A DNA stretch of 64,000 nt, from assembly GCA_030390025.1 (NCBI GenBank), contig CM059425.1, positions 174,284,001 through 174,348,000 of the forward strand, read 5' to 3'. This DNA comes from Squalus acanthias (lineage: Eukaryota). Positions 38,093 to 50,635 of this stretch are shown one piece after another (the stretch's first letter is position 1; every line of letters begins with the position of its first letter). The translations under genes and the position numbers were made by a program. The notes beneath the pieces are model-generated. The model ran no database searches and had not been told where the DNA came from. It worked only from the letters and a program-made list of their open reading frames with translations.

Positions 38093-39362
38093 AGAATCAT
38101 AGAAAAGTTAAGACACAGAAGGAGGCCATTCAGCCCATCGTGTCCGTGCCGGTCGGAAAAGAGCTATCCAGCCTAATCCCACTTTCCAACACTAGGTCTG
38201 TAGTCCTGTAGGTTACGGCTCTTCAAGTGCATATCCAAGTACTTTTTAAATGTGATGAGGGTTTCTGCCTCTACCACCCTTTTGGGCAGTGAGTTCCAGA
38301 CCCTCACCTCCCTCTGGGTGAAAAAAAAATTCTTCATTTCCCCTCTAATCCTTCTACCAACTACTTTAAATCTATGCCCCCTGGTTCTTGACCCCTCTGC
38401 TAAGGGAAATAGGTTCTTCCTATCCACTCTATCTAGGCCCCTCATAATTTTATACATCTCAATTAAATCTCCCTTCAGCCTCCTCTGTTCCAAGGAAAAC
38501 AACCCCAGCCTATCCAATCTTTCCTCATAGCTAAAGTTTTCCAGTCCTGGCAACATCCTCGTAAATCTTCTCTGCACCCTCTCCAGTGCAATCACATCCT
38601 TCCTGTAATGTGGTGACCAGAACTGCACTCAGTACTCAAGCTGTGGCCTAACCAGTGTTGTATACAGTTCTAGCATAACTTCCCTGCTCTTATATTCTAT
38701 GCCTCGGCTAATAAAGGAAAGCATTCCGTATGCCTTTTTAACTTCTTTATCCACCTGTCCTGCTACCTTTAAGGATCTGTGGTCATACACTCCAAGGTCC
38801 CTCTGTTCCTCCACACCTCTCAGTATCCTCCCATTAATTGTGTATTCCCTTGCCTTGTTGCCCCTCCCCAAATGCATTACCTCACACTTTTCCAGATTGA
38901 ATTCCATTTGCCACTTTTCTGCCCAACTGACCAGTTCATCGATATCTTCCTGCAGTCTAAAGCTTTCCTCCTCACTGTCAATCACGTGGCCAATTTTTAT
39001 ATCATCTGCAAATTTCTTTATCATACCCCCTACATTTAAGTCTAAATCATTAATATATACTATGGGTAAAAGTAAGGAACTGAGTACTGAGCCCTGTGGA
39101 CCCCCACTGGAAACAGCCTTCCAGTCGCAAAAACTCCCCTCAATCATTACCCTTTGCTTCCTGCCACTGAGCCAATTTTGGATCCAATTTGCCACTCTCC
39201 CTTGGATCCCATGGGCTTTTACTTTTTTGATCAGCCTGCCATGTGGGACCTTGTCAAAATCCATATAGACTACATCAAACGCACTACCCTTATCGACCCT
39301 CCTCGTTACCTCCTCAAAAAATTCAATCAAGTTAGTCAGACACGACCTTCCCTTAACAAACA
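38093..39362 (-). mobile_element. CR1 LINE RT and 3' UTR
   Basis: ORFs 38173-38628 and 38629-39363 (KFADD, RDLGV). Confidence 0.92.
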
Positions 39363-39399
39363 TTTAAGGAGATATTTCATAAATCTCAGCAAAGATATA

Positions 39400-42298
39400 T
39401 TCCAGTGAGAAAGAAAGGCTCTACGAGAAGGATGCACCATCCGTGACTAACTAAGGAAGTTAAGGATGGTATCAAATTGAAAGAAAAGGCATACAATGCT
39501 GCAAAGATTAGTGGTATCCCAGAGGATTGGGAAATTTTTAGAAACCAGCAAAGGATGACTAAAAAAATTATAAAGAGGGAGAAGATAGAGTGTGAGAGTA
39601 AACTAGCAAATAATATAAAAACAGACAGTAAGAGCTTCTACAGGTATATAAAAAGAGAGTAGCTAAAGTAAACGTTGGTCCCTTAGAGGATGAGACTGGG
39701 GAATTAATAATGGGAAATAAAGAAATGGCAGAGATTCTAAACAATTATTTTGGATCAGTCTTCACAGTAGAAGACACTAAAAACATCCCAATAATAATAG
39801 ATATTCAAGGGGCTATAGGAAGGGAGGAACTTAAAACAAGCTCCATCACTAGAGAAAAAGTACTAAGCAAACTAATGGGGCTAAAGGCCGACAAGTCCCC
39901 TGGACTTGATGGCCTGCAACCTAGAGTCTTAAAAGAAGTGGCTGCAGAGATAGTGGATGCGTTGGTTGTAATCTACCAAAATTCCCTGGATTCTGGAGAG
40001 GTCCCAACGGATTGGAAAACCGCAAATGTAACACCACTATTCAAGAAAGGAGGGAGACAGGAAACTATAGGCCAGTTAGCCTAATATCTGTCATTGGGAA
40101 AATGCTGGAATCCATTATTAAAGAGGTAATAGCAGGACATTTAGAAAATCATAAGACAATCAAGCAGAGTCAACATGGTTTTATGAAAGGGAAATTGTGT
40201 TTGACAAATTTGCTAGAGTTCTTTGAGGATGTAACAAACAGGGTGGATAAAGGGGAACCAGTAGATGTAGTGTATTTGGATTTCCAGAAGGCATTCAATA
40301 AGGTGCCACATAAAAGGTTACTGCATAAGATAAGAGTGCATGGGGTTGGGGGTAATATATTGGCAAGGATAGGGGATTGGCTAACTAACAGAAAACAGAG
40401 AGTCGGGATAAATGGGTAATTTTCTGGTTGGCAATCAGTAACTAGTGGGGTGCCACAGGGATCGGTGCTGGGGCCTCAACTATTTACAATCTATATTAAT
40501 GACTTGGATGAAGGGACCGAGTGTACTGCAGCCAAATTTGCTGATGATACAAAGATAGGTGGGTTAGCAAGTTGTGAGGAGGACACAAAGGGCTGGATTT
40601 TGCCAATGGGGAGCTTTTGGAGGCAGGACTCCCACTTCTCGGGTTTCAGTCCCGCCTCCATCAACTTCTGGCCAACCCACGCTATTTTCCCCTGATTGAC
40701 CTTGTTAAGCCCGCCCAGCGGGCTTAGCAGGCCAATTAAGGGGAAGCCGGTTACAGAGAACGTCAACATATGACGTTTCATCTGTCAAAAAGTTTTGACA
40801 GATGAATTGTCATCGTTTGACAGCTCTGTGAAGCTGTCAAACAGTGACATTCTCTGTAGTTTGATGAGTTCTTGAGTTCAAGACCTCATCAAACCTCTTT
40901 CTTTTGCAGAAATTAGATGGTTGTTGCATTGGAGAATGCAATGGCCATCTGTCATCTCTACCACGGAGGTGCGAGACTCACCGCATACCCACCGATTGAA
41001 GCCTGCAGGAAGAAACAAAGGTAAGTACACTTTTTCTAACACTTTCCACTCACCTCACATACTTACCTCTCCACACTTGCACCCATCACTCACCTCCACA
41101 GCACACTTTTGGACCCCGCAGACCCACTACTCGCCTCGGTGACCCTGGTGGGTTTCGAAGCATTCGGGAAGCCCACACTTGTGTAGACAAAATGGGGATA
41201 CTCCTCTTAGCTGTCTGTTAACTACCTGCTAACAGGCAGTTAAGTGGCTGTCATCCCTTCCCGCCTCCAAGGAGACGGAACCCAGCGCGGGACGGCTTCC
41301 CACCTCCTGGCAAGATGGCATGGAGGCGGGATGAACACCCGCCCCAAAACTCTGCCGTTTTCCCGGCAGTCCCACCTCCAAACCTGCCTCCCCAGGGCTG
41401 GCAAAATCCAGCCCAAAGAGTCTGCAAAGGGATATTGATAGGTTAAGTGAATGGGCAAAAATTTGGCAGATGGGAGTATAATGTAGGAAAATGTGAGGTT
41501 ATCCACTTTGGAAGGAAGAATGAAAAAGCAAATTATTATTTAAATGGAGTGAGACTACAAAATGCTGCGGTACAAAGGGATCTGGGGGTCCTAGTACATG
41601 AAACACAAAATGTTAGCATGCAGGTACAGCAAGTAATTAGGAAGGCTAATGGAATGTTGGCCTTTATTGCAAGGGGTATGGAGTATAAAAGTAGGGAAGT
41701 TTTGATGCAACTTTACAGGGCGCTGGTGAGACCGCACCTGGAGTACTGTGTACAGTTTTGGTCTCCATATTTAAGGAAGGATATACTTGCATTGGAGGCA
41801 GTGTAGAGAAGGTTCACTAGGTTGATTCCTGGGTTGAAGGGGTTGACGTATGATGAAAGGTTGGGCAGGTTGGGCCTATACTCATTGGAGTTTAGAAGAA
41901 TGAGAGGTGATCTTATTGAAACATATAAGATTCTGAGGGGGATTGACAGGGTAGATGCTGAGAGGATGTTTCCCCTATTGGGGGTATCTAGAACTAGGGC
42001 ACATAGTTTCAGATTAAGGGGTTGCCCATTTAAGACAGAGATGAGGAGGAATTTCTTCTCTCAGAGGATCGTGAATCTTTGGAATTCTCTACCCCAGAGA
42101 GCTGTGGAGACGGAGTCATTGAATATATTCAAGGCGGAGATTGACAGACATTTGAACTACAAGGGAGTCAAGGGGTATGGGGAGAGAGCGCAAAAGTGGT
42201 GTTGAGGCCAAGATTGGATCAGCCATGATCTTATTGAATGGCGGAGCAGGCTCGAGGGGCCGATTGGCCTATTCCTGCTCCTGTTTATGTTCTTATGT
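39400..42298 (+). mobile_element. CR1 LINE linker, RT and 3' UTR, interrupted by a MITE
   Basis: [38 protein letters not shown] motifs; TTATGTTC tail. Confidence 0.92.
40590..41414. mobile_element. Harbinger-type MITE, family B
   Basis: Perfect 16-bp TIR GGGCTGGATTTTGCCA; TSD AAA; excision restores CR1 GACACAAA|GAGTCTGCAAAGG. Confidence 0.92.
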
Positions 42299-42299
42299 T

Positions 42300-45200
42300 C
42301 AAACCATGCTGACTGTCCTTGATTAAACTGTGTCTTTCTAAATGAAGGTTTATACTGTCCCTCAGAATTGATTCCAGTAATTTGCCCATCCCCGAGGTTA
42401 AACTAACTGGCCTGTAATTGCTCGGTTTATCCCTTCCTCCCTTTTTAAACAATGGTACAACATTAGCAGTTCTCCAATCCTCTGGCACCATTCCTGTAGC
42501 CAGGAGGATTGGAAAATGATGGTCAGAGCCTCCGCAATTTCCTCCCTTACTTCTTTTAATAGCCTCGGATATATTTCATATCCCTGGCGATATATCTACT
42601 TTCAAAGATGCTAAACCCCTTAATACTTCCTCTCTTACTATGTTTATCCTGTCCAATATTTCACTATCTTCCTCCTTAACTTCAACGTCGGCATCATCCC
42701 CCTCTTTTGTGAAGACAGCTGCAAAGTATTCATTAAGTACCTTACCCACATCCTCCGCCTCCACACATAGATCACCATTTTGGTCCCTGATAGGCCCTAG
42801 TTATCCTCTTGCTCTTTATGTAATTATAAAAGATCTTTGGGTTTTCTTTGATTCTACTTGCCAGTATTTTTTCATGCCCTCTCTTTGCTTTCCTAATTTC
42901 CTTCTTAATTTCACCCCTACACTTTCTATACTCTTCTAGGCTTTCTGCAGTATTGAGCTCATGATATCTGATATCGGCTTCCCTTTTTTGTCTTATCTTA
43001 CCCTGTATGCACCTTGTCATCCAGGAGGCTCTAAATTTGGCTGTTCTACCCTTTTTCTTTGTGGGAACATGTTTACCCTGAACTCCATGTATCTCCCTCT
43101 TGAATGCCTCCCACTGCTCTGACACTGATTTACCTTCAAGTAACTGTTTTCAGTCCACTTTTGCTAAATCACTTCTCAACCTAGTAAAATTGGCCTTCCC
43201 CCCCAATTTAAAACCCTCACTGCTGTTTTTTCTTTGTCCTTATCCATAATTATGCTAAAACTAACTGAATTATGATCACCAGCACAAAAATGCTCTCCCA
43301 CTGATACTCCTTCCACCTGCCCAGCTTCATTCCCTAAAACTAAATCCAGAACTGTCCCCTTCTTGTTGGGCTTGCTACGTATTGACTAAAAAAGTTCCCC
43401 AGAATGCAATTTAGGAATTCTGTGCCCTCTATACCTTTTACACTGGTGGTATCCCAGTTAATATTGGGGTAATTGAAATCCCCCACTATTACTGCCCTAT
43501 TGTTTTTGCACTTTTTTCAGAAATTTGCCAACAAATTTGCTCTTCTATCTCCCTCGGACTGTTTGGGGGTCTATAGTACACTCCCAGCAGTGTGATTGCC
43601 CCTTTTTCGTTCTTCAGTTCAACCCATATGGCCTCATTTGGTGATCCTTCTAACATATCATCCCTCCTCACAGCTGTAATTGTCTCTTTAATCAATACTG
43701 CGACTCTCCCTCCTTTTTTAACCCCCTCTCTATCTCGCCTGAAAACCCTGTAACCAGGAATGTTGAGCTGCCATTCCTGCCCTTCTTTCAGCCATGTCTC
43801 AGTAATGGGCCGTATTTTCCAATCGGAGGCCTCCTGAATGCGGAGGCCTCTGATCTGGAAAAATCTATGAACTTATCTGAGGGCTCCCGAGGCGCCTATA
43901 CTTCCAATCCTGGGCCTCTCCAAACTCCAAGTGCGCAGGGCCCATGTATCCCAGAGACGCAGGCAGTTCGCAAGCGTCCCTGGGATCACGTGGGCCATGG
44001 GGAGCCAATAGAAGAAGGGAATCTCCTTTCATACACTTGACAAATAGACCTGTCAAATATATGAATGGAGATCACCCCAAAAACATAGTAAAACTTTAAA
44101 TAAATTTTTAAAAAACCATCACCTTTTTAGAATTAGTTGAAATTACAATAAATGAAATATTTTAAGCAAAAATTTAATTTTTTGAAAAAAGTAATTAAAG
44201 TTTTTTACGTGGCTAAAAATAAACTTACCTTTTTTTAAGTATTTTTAAATGATAAATGAGTGAAAAAAAATTACTTTTTTCAACTCTTATCCTGGTAAAA
44301 GCAGGCCTTACACCTGCTTTTACCAGGCGTAAGAATTCTAAGGGTTTTTGGCGGGCGGAGGGTCTCCAGATCGGAAATGCCGGTTTTCAACGCATGCCTG
44401 AAACCGGCATTTCTGATGTCCCTAAGAGTGTGTACACAGCACGTACACACCCATAGGGATCGGAATATATGGCCCAATATCATACTCCCACATGTCTTTC
44501 TGTGCCCTTAGCTCATCTTCCTTATTTCCTAGACTCCTTGCATTAAAGTACATACCATTTAGCATTGCCAAACTGCCTTGTTGTCTATTTCTTAGCCCTT
44601 GTTTCCTCTGCCTTCCAAACTCGCTTACTAATTTTCTGCCCTCCATTTCCAGCTTTGCTTCTCTCCCTTCTGAAAATACTCTCAGGTTCCCAGCCCCCTG
44701 CCAAGCTAGTTTAAACCCTCCCCAACAGCAGTAGCAAACCCCCCCGCGAGGATATTGGTCCCGGCTCTGTTGAGGTGCAACCCATCCGGCTTATACAGGT
44801 CCCACCTCCCCTAGAAACGGCCCCAGGAATCTAAAGCCCTACCTCCTGCACCAGCTCTCCAGCCACGCATTCATCTGCTCTATCCTCCTATTTCTGTACT
44901 CACTAGCATGTGGCACCGGGAGTAATCTGGAGATTATTACCTTTGAGGTCCTGCTTTTTAATCTCCTAGCTCCCTAAAATCTGCCTACAGGACCTCATCC
45001 CTCTTTCTACCTATGTCATTGGTACCGATATGAACAAAGACCTCTGGCTGATCATCCTCCTCCCTCAGAATGTCCTGCAGCAGTTCAGTGACATCCTTGA
45101 CCCTGGCACCAGGGAGGCAACATACCGTCCTGGAATCACGTCTGGGGCCGCAGAAACGCTTGTCTGATCCCCTATCACTATTGCTCTTCCACACTTCTTC

Positions 45201-45502
45201 CTCCCCCCCTGTGCAGCTGAGTCACCCATGGTGCCGTGGACTTGGCTCTGGCTGCACTCCCCAGAGGAACCATCGCCCTCATCAGTATTCAGAGATGAAA
45301 ACCGGTTAGCGAGCAAGATGCACTCAGGATTCTTGCCCTACCTGCCTGGTTCTCCTCTTCTGTCTGGCGGTCACCCATTCCCTCTCTGCCTGTACACTCT
45401 TTAGCTGCGGGGTGACCACCTCCAGAAACGTGCTATCCATGAATTTATCAGCCTGGAGGAGGCACTGAAGTGACTCCAGCTGCTGTTCAAGCTCTGAAAC
45501 CC
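42300..45502 (-). mobile_element. CR1 LINE (ORF1, APE, RT N-term), interrupted by a MITE
   Basis: HIGTNDIG, CLPGARV, GVYYRPP and WRTANVVPLFKKG motifs across broken ORFs. Confidence 0.9.
43807..44475. mobile_element. Harbinger-type MITE, family A-related subfamily
   Basis: TIR GGGCCGTATTTTCC...GGAATATATGGCCC; TSD AAT; reverse-orientation relative of 24682-25422. Confidence 0.9.
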
Positions 45503-45749
45503 TGCGGGGGGGAGGGGTGGACGGTGAGGGGGGGAGGGGTGATGGGATGGGGGGGGGTGCCTCTTTTTTTTGAACACCCAAATCAATTTTTTGAACACCT
45601 TTTTTTCCCAAACTGTCAAAATCAAATTAAAATTTAAGGCGTGGGGGGTGATGGGGGAGACTGGTGGGGGAGGACAGGACCATATTGGGGGGGGTGATGA
45701 GACTGGTGGGGGAGGACAGGACCACGGGGGCGGGGTGGAGTAGAGGGGT

Positions 45750-46580
45750 GACGGGCCGGCGCCAAGTGTCAATCATCTGACGTACTTTCCTGGCGCCGTC
45801 TCTGCCTCATGGTGCCCGTGGAAACAGGCGTGAGGGGAACTCGGCTAGGGATAGTGGGGGGACAGAATTTAATATATCTGTGAAAGTTATGGGGCGATCA
45901 CGAAACGTTACTTCAGTGTTAGTATTTGCCTGATTGAAGACTTAAAAAAATGCGCTTTAATGGAGGGAAGTCATGTGACATTAGGTTTGAATGTTGGCGC
46001 GAGCTGACCAGCCGTTAATCCGCCTCCGCTCGTGCGGACAGAATGAGTGCGGGAGAACGCTCGCTCGCGGCCTCTCTCATTGAGCCGCGGGGTTGTAACC
46101 GCCGGTTAATCCCCGGAGGACCGGACCTCACCTCCCAGTCCGGGCACCAACACGTGTGCTTGGACTGAGGGGGTCGTTAGGGTGAGAGTTGAAATGTTCA
46201 TCAGTTAGTAGCAATTTACAGCGGTGGAATCTCGCACCCAGCGCCAGTTGCAGCGTGCAGCGTGCAGGGGCACCGCTCCAAGCAACCGGCTGCTTAAAGT
46301 TAAAGGTCCCGGGACCGGCAGTACATTTAACACCTGGAGCCGACCGCAGCTGTTGAGATCTCCATGACAAGGATGTCTGGCATTTCGTGTTGTGATGATT
46401 TTAAAAGGTGAGTAGTTAGTGCAGTTAATACAGATACGTCTGCCGCCATAGATGGTGACTACTTTTACCCTCCCCCGTGCTGCTGCTTTTGGGGTGAGGA
46501 CTCAGGCTGGAATTCAGGTCTGCAGATGGCGCCGAACCGAAGGCCATTTGGCCCGCTGGAGCCGGCCGAGCTGTTGGCTC
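45750..46580. promoter_or_regulatory. CpG-island-like, probably bidirectional promoter
   Basis: Non-repeat, CpG-dense segment. Splice donors point outward on both strands: minus AG|GTGAGG at 46132/46131 and plus AG|GTGAGT at 46407/46408. Confidence 0.65.
45786..45844 (-). CDS. Putative first coding exon of an unidentified minus-strand gene (MRQRRRQE...)
   Basis: Acceptor ccccccactatccctag; Kozak-like GGCACCATG at 45810; donor AA|GTACGT. Confidence 0.4.
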
Positions 46581-46584
46581 TGCT

Positions 46585-46967
46585 AAAGAAACAGAAAATG
46601 CTGGAGGTATTCAGCAGGTCAGGCAGCATCTGTGAAGAAAGAAACAGTTAACGTTTCAGGTCGATGACCTTTCGTCAGAACTGGAAAAAAGCAGGAAATG
46701 GAACAGATTTTTAAGCAAGTGTAGGAGTTGGGAAAGGGGGGAGGGGATAGGATAGAAGGCAGGAGCGATTAAGAGACATTAGGAGATATTCAAGGCAAAA
46801 GGAGATGGTAATGGGACAGGTTAAGAAACAAGATGGCTCTAGATGAAGTGTAAATTGTGCTCGCATAATGAAAGACAGCTGCCATGTGGGAGAGAAGAAA
46901 AAAAAACACACAAAAAAGTGGGGGGGGGGGGGAAATATATATGATGGGAGCTGAGGTTATGATCTAT
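46585..46967 (-). mobile_element. Short non-coding PLE-type retroelement carrying a hammerhead
   Basis: 14-bp TSD CTGTTGGCTCTGCT (46571-46584 and 46968-46981); 3' end shared with the copies at 47315, 53659 and 28894. Confidence 0.82.
46646..46682 (-). ncRNA. Minimal type-I hammerhead ribozyme motif (second family)
   Basis: Reverse complement: AGTT-CTGACGA-A-AGGTC(atc)GACCT-GAAA-CG-TT-AACT; core intact. Confidence 0.8.
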
Positions 46968-47309
46968 CTGTTGGCTCTGCTGTTGTGTTAGCCAGGGCAT
47001 CTCCATATCTCACTGATGGTGGCCACTGATGAGCCCACATGGCCTCTCAAGGGTTAGTGGATCATGGTCAGAGTAACAGTTCTTCCTCTCTAGGACAGGA
47101 GCTGATTGTAGTGTCGCTCTGGCTGAGCTAGTTGGCAACAGGCTAACGATCGCCCAGCACAGTGCTGTGCCATGTGTTGCAATTGCTCATTGAGTAAACT
47201 CTGCAACTGTAATGCAACATAAAAATTCTCTCAGTTTTCATTGTCGAGAATATTGGTTCAGTACCAATGATCATCTTTTTACAAATAAGTATACACAGTA
47301 GAATATTTT

Positions 47310-47410
47310 TAATATAAAAACAGAAAATGCTGGAAATAGCAGTCAGACAGCATCTGCGGAGAGAGAAACAGTTAACGTTTCCGGTCGATGGCCTTTTGTC
47401 AGAACTGTCA
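47310..47410 (-). mobile_element. Short PLE-type element with degenerate hammerhead
   Basis: Reverse complement AGTT-CTGACAA-AAGGCCATCGACCG-GAAA-CGTT-AACT, followed by the family 3' tail. Confidence 0.75.
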
Positions 47411-48851
47411 AAACTATTTTTAATATTTGTTAACTTAGGGAAGAAGAAAGGGAAAGTTAAAGTTTATGGGGGAGAAGGGGGAAATGGAATCTGACTTCAA
47501 AAATACTGAATTTGTAATTGCCTTTTGTGTTACTCATTTTTCATTTTATTGAATTCATGCAGTGTCAAAAAGGCAGAAAGAAATACCGTTTGCATTTTCA
47601 TTCACTCTTGATCTCTATACTTGAGTGTAACCAGATGCAAAAGGGACATGAATAATATATTGAAAATCTTGCACTGTGCTTAGTCAACTTTTTCCCATTA
47701 TAAGTGCCTGTGTCCGCGTGGTATAATGTCTGCAGCATTGCACCTGGTGGGAGGATGTAATTACAGTGTGGCAAGCCGTGAACGTGGAAATAAGTGTTAA
47801 GATGTATTGCTGTACTTAAAATAGGGGCGGAATTATATCTCCATGCCCATGTCCAATTATCCCCTCCCTGTTTGCAACTCCAGCAGTGTTGTTCCTTGGG
47901 GTTGGGAGATCCAGATTGGGTCATTTTAAAATCATGGCCTCTGGTGGCCAAAAGTCTTCAAAGCTTTACCTGAAAACAATATTCATATCCATATGAAAAT
48001 GGGGAAAATCATTGTTTGACTAAAGACCCATGAGCGCATTCTAGCCTATGGCTGTTCTGTTACTGTTTCATGTTGACTGGACACTTTCAGTAATTGTCAG
48101 TCACTTGTCAAGGTTTTTTTCCTTTTTTGCTATTCTCTTGTTTGTGGGCACCACCTTGTATAGTGCTTGGCCTTTGTGGAATGCCATTCTGTAGTCCCTC
48201 TACTTGCTCTAGTTCATTTTTAAATGCTGTTAGTTATTTGGCTACATTCAGTTTAAACATTTAGTACCTTCAATGATGAATAACATAAGCCATAGGAATT
48301 GAAAATGCTTAAACTCCATTAGTTACTGCTCCCAACCATGGCTTTTTTTCTCATCTCTTGCTTTCAGTCTAATTAGTCAATTTTGCATTAATTCTATGAA
48401 TCTTGATTTCCAAATACCACAAATCATGTTTCAAATGCTATCTTAAAATCCAAAAAAGTTTCCTCCACTTGATTTTCATTCAATCATTTTATTTACTGCA
48501 TCAAATAACTCTAGTAAACTCAAGGTATGATCTGTTGCTTCTAAATCTTGCTGACTATTACCAATGGTCTCTGCAGTCACTAGCTTTCAGAGATTGTAGA
48601 TTTTTTTTCTATAGGCTTATAATTCTTGAGTTCATCCCTTTTGAATATTGGGTACATAGCCTATTTCAAGTATCAACATAACCATTTGGCTTTGTAAGGT
48701 GAGGTGTCCTTGTTTAAAGTTTGCTTCTGTTTAACATTATTTGAACTGTTAGATTCAACGGTTTGCAGGGCTCGTGTTTACACAATACTGCAGCATTTGC
48801 AAAAATAAATTCTTTTGAACTTGACCTCCTTACAATCATATTTTCTTTTAG

Positions 48852-48908
48852 ACTTAACTGAAAATTCTACATCAGTGTGAACTTTGCGTCAGCCTAAATT
48901 GGAGAAAG
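48852..48908 (+). ncRNA. Putative non-coding exon of a plus-strand transcript from the CpG island
   Basis: Acceptor ttttcttttag and donor AAG|GTAAGA; stop codons in all three frames. Confidence 0.4.
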
Positions 48909-49859
48909 GTAAGAAAATAGCTGCTTAATTAATTTTAAGAACTTGCCAAATTGAACAGCTTCATTTTAATGGCAATTAAAGTGGCTTAATTAATTGATTA
49001 ACCTAGACACAACAAATGTTCATTGACCTGTAAAACCAAAGGGACGTGACTGTTAAAAGTTTGATATTTCTAGTTGTATGTTTTCATATGCCAGTATCAA
49101 GTTTTTGAAACTGATCCACTGTATATTTACTAAAGAGTGATTCCCAATAGCAACTTATCATCTTTTCTTTTTTCTTTCACTAGGGCTCAGCCTTTTGATG
49201 AGTGAAAATCTTTTTTTTAATTATTGAAATATTGGCCTTTGTGTTGCTCAATCATTAATTATTCTGTAAATGATTGTAGTGTCAAAAAAGGCAAACATTA
49301 AACACTCTGCAACCAGCATATAATTCAGCAACTGCAGTCTGTGGTGTTGCAGCGTAACACTAACTTACATTCCATTGATTCAGTAGAACAGACTAGGGAT
49401 GTCGACGTTTTAACCAATAAAGTTGAATCTAAGTTTAAGGCCACTACTCAAATAAAAGGGAAATTTGTCACTTAAATTTTTTTTTTTACTTTTGCAGCAA
49501 TTCGTGTTGAAACCTAACCTCTTGGCAAATCGGAAATCGGACAGATTATCTAGTAAAGGAGCATCTCTAAGAACTGTACAAAAAACTGCATTCCATGATT
49601 AGCTTGTTTACATCACTTTGAAGATTCAATTAGCACTGATCATCTAGCCTTAGTCCAGCATTTCTAGCAATGTTCTGTTCTGGGTGCACAGCTGGTTAGG
49701 TATAATATGGAACAGAATGAGCTTGTGTAATATGGGTAGCTCTTTGTGTATATTGTTTACAAGCTGCTGTCAATGACAGTGGTGTTTATACAGTGAGTTA
49801 TTTGGATCTCAGGTTGGTAGACCAGCAATATCTCAGTTAACCATCAGAAATCTGTTAAA

Positions 49860-50635
49860 CATTAGAAAGATTAAAGCCATTATCTTTGGCCCCAGCCACA
49901 AACTCTGTACCCTTGCCACCAATTCAATCCACCTCCCTGGCCACATTCATGTTGAAGCTGATAGTTCCCAAACTTGGCATCGTATTTGACTGCTAGCTGA
50001 GCTTCCAACCTCCTAAGCTCTCATCACAAAGACTGCCTACTTCCACTTCAACATCGCACATCTGTCATTGCATTAGCACTCCTGATGCCAAGCTCCTCAT
50101 CTATGCTGCTGTCCCCTCCAGACTTGAGTATTCCAATGCTCTTCTGGCCAGACACCCATCCTGCACTCTTCATAAACTTCAGCTCATCCAAAACTCTGCT
50201 GCCTATACTCCCAAACTTGCACTAAATCCTGCTCACCCATCACCTCTGTCCTTACTGCCCTACATTGGCTCCCAATGCCACCAATTTAATATTCTCATCC
50301 TAGTGTTCAAATCCCTTCATGGCCTCGCCCCTCCCCATCTCTGATCTCCAGCCTTACAACCCGTGAGAATTCCTCCAACTCTGGCCTCTTGTGCATCCCT
50401 ACTTCCTTCATCCCAACATTGGCGGTCGTGTCTTCAGCCATCTAGGTCCAAGCTCTGGGATTCCCTCCCTAAACCTCTGCATCTCTCCACCTTTTGAGAC
50501 CCTGTTTAAAACTTGCCTCTGACCAAACGTTTAGTCATCCCATCTAATATTTCCTTTGGTTTGGTGTTAGTTTTTGTCTGATTACGCTTCTTTGAAATGC
50601 CATGTTTTTTTTCTACATTAAAGGTGCTTAAAATG
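49860..50635 (+). mobile_element. Old L2 LINE 3' fragment
   Basis: Diverged homolog of 60460-61250. Confidence 0.8.

Noticed and set aside
45655..45725. 26-bp direct repeat GAGACTGGTGGGGGAGGACAGGACCA (x2)
   Set aside because: Simple local duplication in G-rich low-complexity DNA; not a CRISPR-like array.
49055..49106. Imperfect AT-rich hairpin in a putative intron (miRNA/snoRNA-like)
   Set aside because: No recognisable mature miRNA or box motifs; plausible by chance in AT-rich DNA.
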